From Longimicrobiales bacterium (GTDB lineage: Bacteria > Gemmatimonadota > Gemmatimonadetes > Longimicrobiales > Gaopeijiaceae): a DNA stretch of 64,000 nucleotides. A program made the position numbers and the translations under genes. Under the pieces are notes generated by a model. The model had not been told where the DNA came from. It worked only from the letters and a program-made list of their open reading frames with translations, and searched no databases. Below, in pieces: positions 27,695 through 36,900 of the stretch (position 1 is the first letter of the stretch; every line of letters starts with the position of its first letter). Where the stretch lies: assembly GCA_965116095.1 (NCBI GenBank), contig OZ220481.1, forward strand, positions 1,525,192-1,589,191, in the 5' to 3' direction.

Positions 27695-28496
27695 CCTTCA
27701 CTTCGCCCGCGAAGAGAGCGCTGGTTTCTCCGACTTCAATGACCTTGCCGGAGAGAAAGAACGCGGTTCTGGAGGCCAGGCGCTCGGCCTGCTGCACAAG
27801 GTTGGTGACCAAGATGATCGTCATCTCGCTCCTTAGCTCGCGCAGCACGTCCTCAATGCGACTCGTCGTGACCGGATCGACCGCAATCGAGAACTCGTCC
27901 AATAGCAGAAACTCCGGCTCCTGTGAAAGAGCCCGAGCGATCGTAAGCCGCTGCTGTTGTCCCCCGGAAAGAAGGCTCCCCAGCGAGTCCAGTCGGTCTT
28001 GAACCTCTGTCCAAAGCGCCGCGCGCTTCAGGCACCGCTCGACAATCTCGTCCAGCTCGTCCTTGCGCGAGATGCCCCGCAAGCGCGGCGCGAAGGCGAC
28101 GTTCTCGTACACGGAGAGCGGAAGTCCCACCGGGAGGGGAAAGACGACCCCGACCCTTCGCCTGAGCGCGTAGAGATTTCGCCAGTCGCGCACGGAGCGG
28201 TCGTTGATTCGAAGCTCTCCCTCCAGCTCCATCCCGGGGGTGAAGACGTCCATCCGGTTAATCGCGCGCAGAAAGGAGGTCTTTCCGCTTCCCGCCGGAC
28301 CGACAATTCCGAAGATCTCGTGCTCGCGGATCTCCAGATTCGCCCGCTCGAGCGCGACCTTTTTGTTGTAGCGGATCGTCAGGTCCTCCGCTTGTACGAC
28401 AGCTTCTCCGACCTCGGGCGCGTCGGCGTGATCAGGCCCGCGCCCGATCTCCTCGGCCAGGTTGATCATGCGAAGCGCAGCAGCGCCTCCTACCAT
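27654..28496 (-). CDS. pstB: Second PstB-type ABC ATPase (pstB2). The ORF-track N-terminal extension is rejected.
   Basis: GPAGSGKTSFLRAINRM, LSGGQQQRLTIARAL, LLLDEFSIAVDP. Start set to MVGGAAALRMINLAEE at 28496, just after the pstA stop. Confidence 0.85.
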   Translation of the reverse strand: MVGGAAALRMINLAEEIGRGPDHADAPEVGEAVVQAEDLTIRYNKKVALERANLEIREHEIFGIVGPAGSGKTSFLRAINRMDVFTPGMELEGELRINDRSVRDWRNLYALRRRVGVVFPLPVGLPLSVYENVAFAPRLRGISRKDELDEIVERCLKRAALWTEVQDRLDSLGSLLSGGQQQRLTIARALSQEPEFLLLDEFSIAVDPVTTSRIEDVLRELRSEMTIILVTNLVQQAERLASRTAFFLSGKVIEVGETSALFAGEVKDERTRDYIEGRFG

Positions 28497-29401
28497 CGCT
28501 TTTGTCCTCTGAAGTAGATGCGAAAGGCGATCGAGACCGCGTTCATGAGAAGCACGCTCGAAATTAGGACCAGGGCCACGCCGAAGGGCACGGCCTCCGG
28601 AATGCCGGTCACTTGGGTCTGTATGACGAATAGGTGCAGCGAGAGCGCCATCGTCTGGTCCAAGACGCTCTGGGGAAGGACGGCGAGGAAGGCTGCGGCG
28701 CCGGTGAACATGATCGGCGCCGTTTCCCCGGCGGTGCGGGACACCTCCAGGATGATCCCGGTGAGGATGCCGCTCATTGAGTTCGGGAGCACGACCTTGC
28801 GAATCGTCTGCCAGCGCGTCGCGCCCATGTTCCAGCATGCGGCCCGGAAGGACTGGGGTACCGCCTGAAGCGCCTCCCGGGTGGCGACGATCACGACCGG
28901 AAGCGCCATGATCGCGAGGGTGAGGCTCGCGGCCAAAATGCTGGTGCCCATCCGAAAGAACAACACGAAGGCGCCCACGCCGAAGAGCGCGTGCACGATC
29001 GACGGCACGCCGGCGAGGTTGATGACGGCGAGGTTGATCGCCCGGGTCAGTCGGTTGTCCTTGGCGTACTCGCTGAGGTACAGAGCCGCAGCCACTCCGA
29101 TCGGCACGGACGCGAGAAGGGAAACCACCACGAGCCAGATCGTTCCGACCAACGCCGTGAGGATGCCGCCCTCCGCTCCGCCATTTCTTGGGGGAGTAAA
29201 GAGAAACTCCCAAGTGATCGCGGGGGCTCCGCGGACGATCAGGACTCCCAGGATGAGCAGCACCGGAATCACCAGCGCGACCGTCGTAAAGAAAAACAAC
29301 GCGCGGGCGAGGCGCTGAGTCCGATAGCTGCGCGCGTTTGCGGCCGTGGATTCGAACACCTTTGCGCCTCTACCCCTTGCGAGTCCGGCGGATGAAGACA
29401 T
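28490..29401 (-). CDS. pstA: Phosphate ABC transporter permease PstA
   Basis: Six TM helices. EAA-like loop (ALPVVIVATREALQAVP). Confidence 0.9.
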   Translation of the reverse strand: MSSSAGLARGRGAKVFESTAANARSYRTQRLARALFFFTTVALVIPVLLILGVLIVRGAPAITWEFLFTPPRNGGAEGGILTALVGTIWLVVVSLLASVPIGVAAALYLSEYAKDNRLTRAINLAVINLAGVPSIVHALFGVGAFVLFFRMGTSILAASLTLAIMALPVVIVATREALQAVPQSFRAACWNMGATRWQTIRKVVLPNSMSGILTGIILEVSRTAGETAPIMFTGAAAFLAVLPQSVLDQTMALSLHLFVIQTQVTGIPEAVPFGVALVLISSVLLMNAVSIAFRIYFRGQKRW

Positions 29402-30290
29402 CGGCCGCCAAGTTGATCAGGAAGGTGATCGTGAAGAGAAGGATGCCCAGCGTAAAGAGGGAGCCGTAGTGATCGGAGCCGTAAGCGGTGTCGCCCAGCT
29501 CCGCGGCGATCGTCGCGGTCAGGGCCCGCACGGCATCGAAGGGGCTGGTCGGAATGTTGACTGCGTGGCCCGTCGCCATCAGCACCGCCATCGTCTCGCC
29601 GAACCCCCGACCGACGCCCAGCAGGACGGCGGCGACGAGCCCGTGGCGGGCGGCGGGGATCACCACCCCCCGGACGACCTCCCACTTCGTGGCGCCCATC
29701 GCTTCGGCCGCTTCCCGATATCCGTCGGGCACGGCCTTGAGCGCGTCTTCGGCGATCGTCGCCATGATCGGCGCCGCCATCAGCGCCAGGATGATTCCGG
29801 CGTTGAAGGCGTTAAGCCCGACGGGAACTCCAAATAGATCGACGATGAGTCCGTTGAGGATCGTGGCGCCGACGAAGCCCCAGACGACCGAGGGGATCGC
29901 CGCAAGCATCTCCACGAGGATCTTGAGGATCTCGCCGACGCGTCCGGTCGCGAACTCTGAGATGAAGATGGCGGCGCCCAACGCGAGCGGAACCGAAAAG
30001 AGCATCGCGATCCCCGTGACCGACGCCGTCCCCACGATGAGCGCCAGCGCGCCGTAGGTGGGGTTGTCGGAGGTGGGCCGCCAAGCGATCGACGTGAAGA
30101 ACTCGCGCAGATCCAAAGTGGAGATGACGAACGCCAAGCCCTCCTTCGTCACGAAGACGAAGATCCCGATGACGAAGACGATCGCCGATACGCCGCCCAG
30201 AAGAATGAGCAGGTGCGCGATCCTGTCCGTCCACCAAGCGCGGTCCCGTCGGTCGACCAAGTGGGAGTCCGATGTAGTTGGCGCGTTCAC
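29370..30290 (-). CDS. pstC: Phosphate ABC transporter permease PstC
   Basis: PstC-like TM topology (EAMGATKWEVVRGVVIPAA). Start set at GTG overlapping the pstS TGA (GTGA). The ORF-track 5' extension overlaps pstS in another frame. Confidence 0.8.
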   Translation of the reverse strand: MNAPTTSDSHLVDRRDRAWWTDRIAHLLILLGGVSAIVFVIGIFVFVTKEGLAFVISTLDLREFFTSIAWRPTSDNPTYGALALIVGTASVTGIAMLFSVPLALGAAIFISEFATGRVGEILKILVEMLAAIPSVVWGFVGATILNGLIVDLFGVPVGLNAFNAGIILALMAAPIMATIAEDALKAVPDGYREAAEAMGATKWEVVRGVVIPAARHGLVAAVLLGVGRGFGETMAVLMATGHAVNIPTSPFDAVRALTATIAAELGDTAYGSDHYGSLFTLGILLFTITFLINLAADVFIRRTRKG

Positions 30291-31192
30291 GATCTGGCGG
30301 ACGGGCAGGCTAGGTCCTTGGCGATCGGCGCGTATCCGCGCGCCTGCACAATGCACTGCCCCGTCTCCGACAAAATCCAGCTCAGGTAGTCCCGCACGTG
30401 GCCTTGCGGCTCTCCGGCGGTGTACATGAGGAGCGGCCTCGCGATCGGAAAGGTCCCGTCGATGGCGGTCTCCACCGAGGGCGCCACGCAGGCGCCGCCC
30501 TCTTGGGCGAGGCACGGCATTCCCACGTGCGGCGTGGCGTAGGCGAGCCCCGAAAAGCCGATCGCGCAGGGCGTGTGCCCGACGAGCTCCACCACGTCCT
30601 TGGAGCCGTGCATGTCCAGGGAGCCCAGTTTGTAGTCGGCGCCGCGGCCTAGCACCGCATCCCGAAAGTAGATATAGGTGCCGGAGTTGTTTTGGCGGCT
30701 CACGCGCACGATTTCCTCCGAAGGGCACCCCGGCACTTCCACGCCCAGTTCGCTCCACTTGGTCGTGGATCCGTCCGCCGCGTAAATGCTCCTGAGCTCT
30801 GAGATCCTCATCTCGCGAATCGGATTGCGGGCGTTCAGAAAGACCGCGACCGCGTCGTAGCCGACCACGTGCTCAAGCGGCTCAATCCCGTTGGCCCGGG
30901 CTTGCTCAATCTCCGATTCGCGCATTCGGCGAGAGGAATTCGCGATGTCCAAGGTGCCGTTGATCAGGGCGGAAATACCCGTTCCGGATCCGCCGCCGGT
31001 CACGGCGATGTACACGCGCTCGTGCATGTCGCCGTAGGCCTCGGCCCACGCCTGAGCGACATCCAGCAGCGTGTCCGACCCCTTGTTCTGGATCTGGGCG
31101 TGATCTCGCGAGCCGGGCCGACCGCAGGCGAAGAAAAACAGGCCGGCAAGGAGCAGCAGCCGAGTTGGAGGGGTTTGAGCGCGGATCTTCAT
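30287..31192 (-). CDS. pstS: Phosphate-binding lipoprotein PstS
   Basis: MKIRAQTPPTRLLLLAGLFFFACG lipoprotein signal. GSDTLLDVAQAWAEAY...TGGGSGTGI PBP domain. Confidence 0.85.
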   Translation of the reverse strand: MKIRAQTPPTRLLLLAGLFFFACGRPGSRDHAQIQNKGSDTLLDVAQAWAEAYGDMHERVYIAVTGGGSGTGISALINGTLDIANSSRRMRESEIEQARANGIEPLEHVVGYDAVAVFLNARNPIREMRISELRSIYAADGSTTKWSELGVEVPGCPSEEIVRVSRQNNSGTYIYFRDAVLGRGADYKLGSLDMHGSKDVVELVGHTPCAIGFSGLAYATPHVGMPCLAQEGGACVAPSVETAIDGTFPIARPLLMYTAGEPQGHVRDYLSWILSETGQCIVQARGYAPIAKDLACPSARS

Positions 31193-31355
31193 TGCTGCGG
31201 GAGGAGGAACGCGGCCCTGATGTCGCGGATCAACTTCCCGGCTCCGCGTCACGACGGGGTAACGGCCGGGAAACCGTCGCATGGGAGGTCGATCCCTCTT
31301 GGCTGGACGGGCAAGTCCCGCCTTCGGGAGCCGTCCGCGCGAATGGAATGGCCCC

Positions 31356-32645
31356 CTAGCCCTGCTCGTCGTCCGCCGGACCGCCGATTCGCTTGCTTGC
31401 CTCGCCCAGCACCTGCGCCAGATCAATGCCCAAAAGGGACGAAATCGACTCCATCGTCCCATAGGCGCTCTGGAGCCTCTGGTTGAGCGCGTTGGCGGAG
31501 CCATCGCCGCTTCCGCCGTCCAGCACGACCATCCGGTCGATCTTTACGTCCTTCACGGCGTCGACCGCCGTCTGCATCAGCTCTGGAAGCTTGTCGGCCA
31601 AGAAAACCGCGAACGCCGCATCGCCGCCGGCCTGGGTCTGCTCATATAGCTGCCTCAAGACCTCCACGCGCGCCTTTCCTTCCTCAAGGAGCGGCGCCGC
31701 CTGCGCCTGCGCGTCGGCAAACGCCGCCAGCTTGCGGGCTTCAGCCGGCTCGATCACGTCCGCCCTGAGCCGCTGCTGCTCGCGCTCCACCCGTCTGACT
31801 TCCAAGGTCTTCTGCGCTTCCACCTCGGCTTCCTCCGCCTTCACCTTGGCGATCTTCTCGGCGGTTTCGGCCTCGCGTCCCAACTCGGCTTCCCGGACCC
31901 GCAGAGCGTTTTGGGCCTCCGCCACCTTTACTTCCGCCTGCGCTTCGCGGACGCGCGCTCGTCGTTTCGCGTCGGCCCTGGCCTCCCGCGTATCCGCTTC
32001 GGCGACCGCTTCGGCAATCTCTGCTTGGCGGATCGCCTCGGCCGACTTTTTTCGACCGATCGCGGCGAGGTAGCCTCTCTCGTCTGCGACGTTCTGGATC
32101 TTGAGCACATCCAAGTGGAAGCCCAGCGACGCCAAGTCCTCGCCCGCGTCATCGGACAGGGCCTTCCCGAAGCCAAGGCGATCCTCGTTCACTTCTTCCG
32201 GCGTGAGCGTCGCGAGGACGCCCCGGAGGTTGCCTGTCAGCGTATCCTGCGCGAGCAGGCGAATCTCCTCGTCGTCCTTCCCCAAGAGGCGCTCCACTGC
32301 GTTGTTGAAGACCCATTCGGGGTCCGAGGCGATCTTCACATTGGCGATCGCCTCGACGTTGAGCGGAATATTGCCCTTGGAAAAGGCGTTCGTGACCGAC
32401 ACCTCAATGGGGATCGTCTCCAAGTTGAGGTAATCGACCGTCTCCACGATCGGGATCCTCAGGGTCCGTCCACCCTTGATGGAGCGGAAACCGACCCGCC
32501 GCCCCTTTCCGGTGGCGCGGCTCTTTCCCGTGATCACCGCGGCAATGTTCGGGGGGACGATGACGATTAGCCGCTTGACGGTCAGGATCGCGGCGAGAAT
32601 CGCGAAGAGGACGGCGGCGGCGGCGAAGAGAACCGTTTCACTCAA
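31356..32645 (-). CDS. Flotillin / SPFH (band 7) domain protein with a long Ala/Glu-rich coiled coil
   Basis: SPFH core (IPIVETVDYLNLETIPIEV...), EA-repeat coiled coil. N-terminal TM. Start is uncertain (TTG at 32645 or ATG at 32726). Confidence 0.8.
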   Translation of the reverse strand: MSETVLFAAAAVLFAILAAILTVKRLIVIVPPNIAAVITGKSRATGKGRRVGFRSIKGGRTLRIPIVETVDYLNLETIPIEVSVTNAFSKGNIPLNVEAIANVKIASDPEWVFNNAVERLLGKDDEEIRLLAQDTLTGNLRGVLATLTPEEVNEDRLGFGKALSDDAGEDLASLGFHLDVLKIQNVADERGYLAAIGRKKSAEAIRQAEIAEAVAEADTREARADAKRRARVREAQAEVKVAEAQNALRVREAELGREAETAEKIAKVKAEEAEVEAQKTLEVRRVEREQQRLRADVIEPAEARKLAAFADAQAQAAPLLEEGKARVEVLRQLYEQTQAGGDAAFAVFLADKLPELMQTAVDAVKDVKIDRMVVLDGGSGDGSANALNQRLQSAYGTMESISSLLGIDLAQVLGEASKRIGGPADDEQG

Positions 32646-33312
32646 GGGACACGCTCCCGTTGGCGGGTGGTGAGCCGAGGGACGGACGAGGGTCGCCCGC
32701 CTCCAGAGCCGGCTGCGGCTCTTCAAGCGTTGAAATTAAGGCGACGCCTTGGCGCATTTCCACGACGACCGCCTGGCCGCCCCGGAGGATTGGAGGGCCG
32801 TCTTCGTCCCAGAGGCACGCGCGGAGGCGCAGCTGCTGGTCGCCGAACTGGACGGCCACGCTTCCGGGACTGTCCTTCTCTACCGGCAGAAGGACCGTGC
32901 CCGGTAGTCCTTCGTAGTCCTGTTCGGTGCTCAGTTCTCCCGCCTCCGTGCGGCGCAACAGACCGAAGAGGTAGTGCACCGAAAAGCCGGATGCGAGGCC
33001 CGCGCCGCTTGCGGCGAGCGCGGTAAGGAGCGTGCGCGCTCCTCCAAAGGCCAAGTGCATCGCGGTGCCGGACAAGCCGAACGCAAAGAGTGTGTAAATC
33101 AGAGCGCGGATGGAAAAGATCGCCGCCGGACCGGCAGCGTTGGCCCCATCCGGATCAATATCCAGCTCCGCCGCTCCGTCCGCCTCCGCGTCGCCGCCGA
33201 AGAGCGAGAAGAGGACCAAGCCTCCTCCGAGGATGAGGCACGCCGCGTAGGCAGTCAGCATTGAGGGGCGATAATTGACCCGAGGAGCGAGTGGTCGGAG
33301 CGACTTCCTCAT
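32638..33312 (-). CDS. NfeD-like membrane protein (short YuaF type), partner of flotillin
   Basis: N-terminal TM helices, C-terminal OB-fold-like VAVQFGDQQLRLRACLWDEDGPPILRGGQAVVVEMRQGVALI. Gene order nfeD then flotillin. Alternative start at 33261. Confidence 0.6.
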   Translation of the reverse strand: MRKSLRPLAPRVNYRPSMLTAYAACLILGGGLVLFSLFGGDAEADGAAELDIDPDGANAAGPAAIFSIRALIYTLFAFGLSGTAMHLAFGGARTLLTALAASGAGLASGFSVHYLFGLLRRTEAGELSTEQDYEGLPGTVLLPVEKDSPGSVAVQFGDQQLRLRACLWDEDGPPILRGGQAVVVEMRQGVALISTLEEPQPALEAGDPRPSLGSPPANGSVSLE

Positions 33313-33820
33313 GCGAGGGCGCGCTCCTCTTGATTCCGCCCGCCTTTCGGCAAGCGTCGCTCGGCGAGAGACGGCCCGCACACAGTACTGTACCGAAAGC
33401 GACTGGTTTGCCGCAAGCGATAGAAACCCGATGTTTCGGAATTTCAGAGAAAGACTGGAGCATGCTTCTCCCCGCCCGCGCCCTGCTTGTCGACAGCGGC
33501 TGCAGTGGAGAGTCGGTTTCGCCGACAACCACTCGCCGTGATCGAATTCGCCCGACATCGAAAAGCGAATGGACAAGCTCGCCAATTCGCTGCTGCTGAC
33601 CGTCCAGCACAGGCAGGAGGCGCTTGAGATCCCATGGGCGCAGACTCCCGGCGCTCCGGCATGCACGCCTTCATTGAGCGGCGCGCCATTCTCCTGGGCT
33701 AGTCCGAAGCGCGCTCGCGGGAGGCTTTGGCCGGTAGAGGTTTCCGCGTCGCCGTCTCGCGCTTTAACTGAAACTCCGATACGCCAACAAACTCGGTTCA
33801 ACAGCCTGCGCCCGCCTTCC

Positions 33821-33866
33821 AAGAAGAGAAGCGGGGTTCCAGAGCCTATGCTCCGGAACCCCGCTC
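33821..33866 (-). terminator. Rho-independent terminator candidate downstream of the large repeat protein gene
   Basis: Ten-bp GC-rich stem (gcggggttcc / ggaaccccgc) with a loop. On the minus strand it is followed by UUCUCUUCUU. Confidence 0.5.
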
Positions 33867-33902
33867 AATCCTCTAACGTCCGCGCGATTCAACCGGCGCC
33901 GT

Positions 33903-36900
33903 TTAGCTGAGCGGAACGTAGCTGATCCGAATGAACCCCTTGGTTTGGAGCGCATGGCATTGGTAGGCCGATGGCGGGTCAAACTCTTGATGCGCGCCCC
34001 ACGCCGCCTTGGTCGGATCATGCGGCACAATGATCCTCCTTGTTGCTGGGCGGCTCCACTTGGTGGAGTCCGGTTCGTTAAACACGCCGCTGCTTGGGTC
34101 GCATGCAACGCCATTACTGCCCCACTTCATCTCGAATTTTCCATCCTTGCTTTTCGCGCCGTTTTCTTGCTGCAAGACATAGCGGCCCGGAGCCAGCTCG
34201 ATTACGGGCTCGTGCCCATCAAGCTTGAGCCAAAAAGAGAGAATTTTGTCGTTGCCTTCCGTCACCATAGGGTACTTTCCGCCCACGTACCTCTTTAGCG
34301 TCGCTACCGAGTCGGTCCCGTAGTCGGCCACCGCCGAATCCGTAATCGTGAGCGCGTGATATCTGGGGTGAGAAAAGCCGTCGCCGCAATCCACGAAGGT
34401 GGTGTCGTTATTTCCGGCTCGCCTGCTTGAAGCTCCGCATTTGAAAAACGGAAATTCAATCATGCCCTCGTGCTTTTTCCTGCTCGAGTCCACCGAATCC
34501 TGCCCAGGGTACATCCACACCTTCGTCTTGATCTTCCGGTTCGCCACCATCCCAAAGCCCAAAGCCTGATGTCCGGGAGCCGCCAAGCCGCTTAGGCGCG
34601 GCCCCTCGTTGGCCGCGTATTCCTCCATGATCACGCCCGTCCGGTGATCCTGGCGCACCGCGTCCGTCTTGGCGCCCCAAGCGCCGCCGCCTGCACAGAG
34701 AACCGATTCTCCCTTGCACTGGAACCTCTTGTTGTCTCCGGCGAACGGCTCTTGAATCGTCGCCGCTTTGTCGAAGTTCTTTGTGTCCGTCTCGTTGTCG
34801 CTGGGGTATGCCAGCTGCGTTCCCGCGCCGGCAACGGTCACTTGGTAGACCTCCGACGGCAGCCCCTCGAACTCGAAGGTCCCGTCGTCGTCGGTCCGCG
34901 TCCGCCGGGCGTGGCCACGCGGCACCGACAGAATCTGCGTCGTCTCTTTCGCCTCAGCCTTCACCTTGCCCGTTACCCGCACCTTCAGCGATACCTGCTT
35001 GCCGCCCTGGACGAACGTTTGCGTCCCATCCACGTACGTCGCGCCGGACAAACCACGCGTCACGTTCGAACAATCGAGGTCCGCTGTCGGCGGGAGCGTG
35101 TCGGCGTCGTTGAAGCAGATGCCCGTCACGCGCACGGCCGCCCTGCCCTCGAGGCCCGCATCCATAAAGCGCGTCTCGTAGTGCGTCATCCCCTCCGGCA
35201 TCAGCTCCTTCAGGCCCGTCGCTTCGTCCGCGCCCACCGTCGCCATACCCAACGACATCGTCTCCGAATACGAAATGCCCGTAAACCGCGTCCCGTTGTC
35301 CTGCAACATCCGGAACATGTAGTCGGAGTCGCCCGCCGTAGCCGTCACCGCGTACGTGCCGTCCAGCATCTCCCGAATCACCGCCTTGCCCATGTCGTCC
35401 GTATTTTCCTCCATCGTCTTGCCGCCGTGCAGGGCCTTCGCCATTAGCTCGACGTCCATCCCGTCCGCATTCATCGGATCTCCGGCGCTCCTGAACATCG
35501 CCGACAACGAGTTGCCCATGCGCTTGTAGCCGAAGCTCGAACACATTTTCTTATCCCGAGGATTCGCCTTGCACGCCGCGTACATCGGCATGTGCGCCAT
35601 CGAGTTCGGATCCAAATCCATCGTCTCCGACCCCACGATCATCCCGCCCTCCTCCTCGAGCCACGAATCCAGCTCCGCCCGCAGCCGATACTTCCCCTCC
35701 TGCGTCATGACGCCCTTGAAGACGTGCGAGGAGTCCAGCATCGTCGTCGACGACACGATCTCCCAGCTCCCGCCGTCCGACATCTTCTCCAAGTGCAGCT
35801 CCACGTCGCCCTCCGACGGCGCCACGTCCTTCCTGTCCCCCGTGCACGTCTTGTCCGTCGCCTTCAGCGGCACGCACGACACGCCAGGCACGTCGTCCAG
35901 CTCCCGGTGCGCGCCGACCTTGACGTCCACCTTCTTGTGACCCACCACCAGCGTCCCCAGATGCATCGCCTCGTCCGGCGGATGCAGGCCGTTGTGCGTG
36001 AACTCCAAATACTCCATCCCCTCGTCGTCCATGTCGTGGTGGAAGTACAGATTCATGTCCTTCATCCCCACGCGATACTTCCCCGTCTTCGACGGCGCCG
36101 CCGTCAGCGTCAAGGACGCCGATCCGTTCGAGCCCGTCGTCGCCGTCGCCGACGCCGTCTTGCTCGTCCCCTTGAACGCCGCCACCTCCGCCTTGTTCAT
36201 GTACCCGCCGCCCGCGCTCCCCCGACGCACGCTCCGCACCGTCAACGACACGTTCGCCTTGTTCGCCAGGTACAGCAGCGGATCCATCGACTCCGACTTT
36301 AAGGACATCGGATCCACCATCGCCGTGTCCGTTGCGTCCTCCGCCTTAAAGTCCGCCGCCATATCTCCCATCGATCCCATGAGATACACCATGTTCCCCG
36401 CGAGAGAGCCCGTCGGAATCTCGAGCATCGCCATCCCGTCCTCGTCGGTCTTCGCCTCCGCCAGCGCCTCCTGACCCCACCCCTTCGCGTGATCCTCGGG
36501 GTCGCTCGCCACCGCCTTCACCATGACGCCCTCGACCCCCATGTCGCTCATGCAATCGTCCTTCGCGCAATTCGCGTAGCCGTACTTCGCCATCACGGTC
36601 AGCGAATGATGCGTCAGCTCGTACTCGAAGTCATGCTTCATCTCTTCGCCCGCATCCAGCTCGATCACCATCCCCGTCGTTCCCAGTCCGCCGCCCGTCA
36701 TCTTCGTGTGCGTCGGATTCATCGGAGGCGACGCGTACACCAGCCGGTAGCTCCCGGCTTTTAGCTCCCCGAAGCTGTACATCCCCATATCGTCCGTCAT
36801 TGCGGTCCTCGCGTCCGCCACGCCCGGCCCGTTCAACGTCAGCTTCACCGCGCCGGACAGACCCGCCGCGCCCGCGTCGCGCAGCGTCTTCTCGCCGCCC

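Noticed and set aside
29340-29365. GGATTCGAAC-like motif (reverse-strand tRNA T-loop signature)
   Set aside because: Lies inside the pstA/pstC coding overlap, with no tRNA cloverleaf around it.
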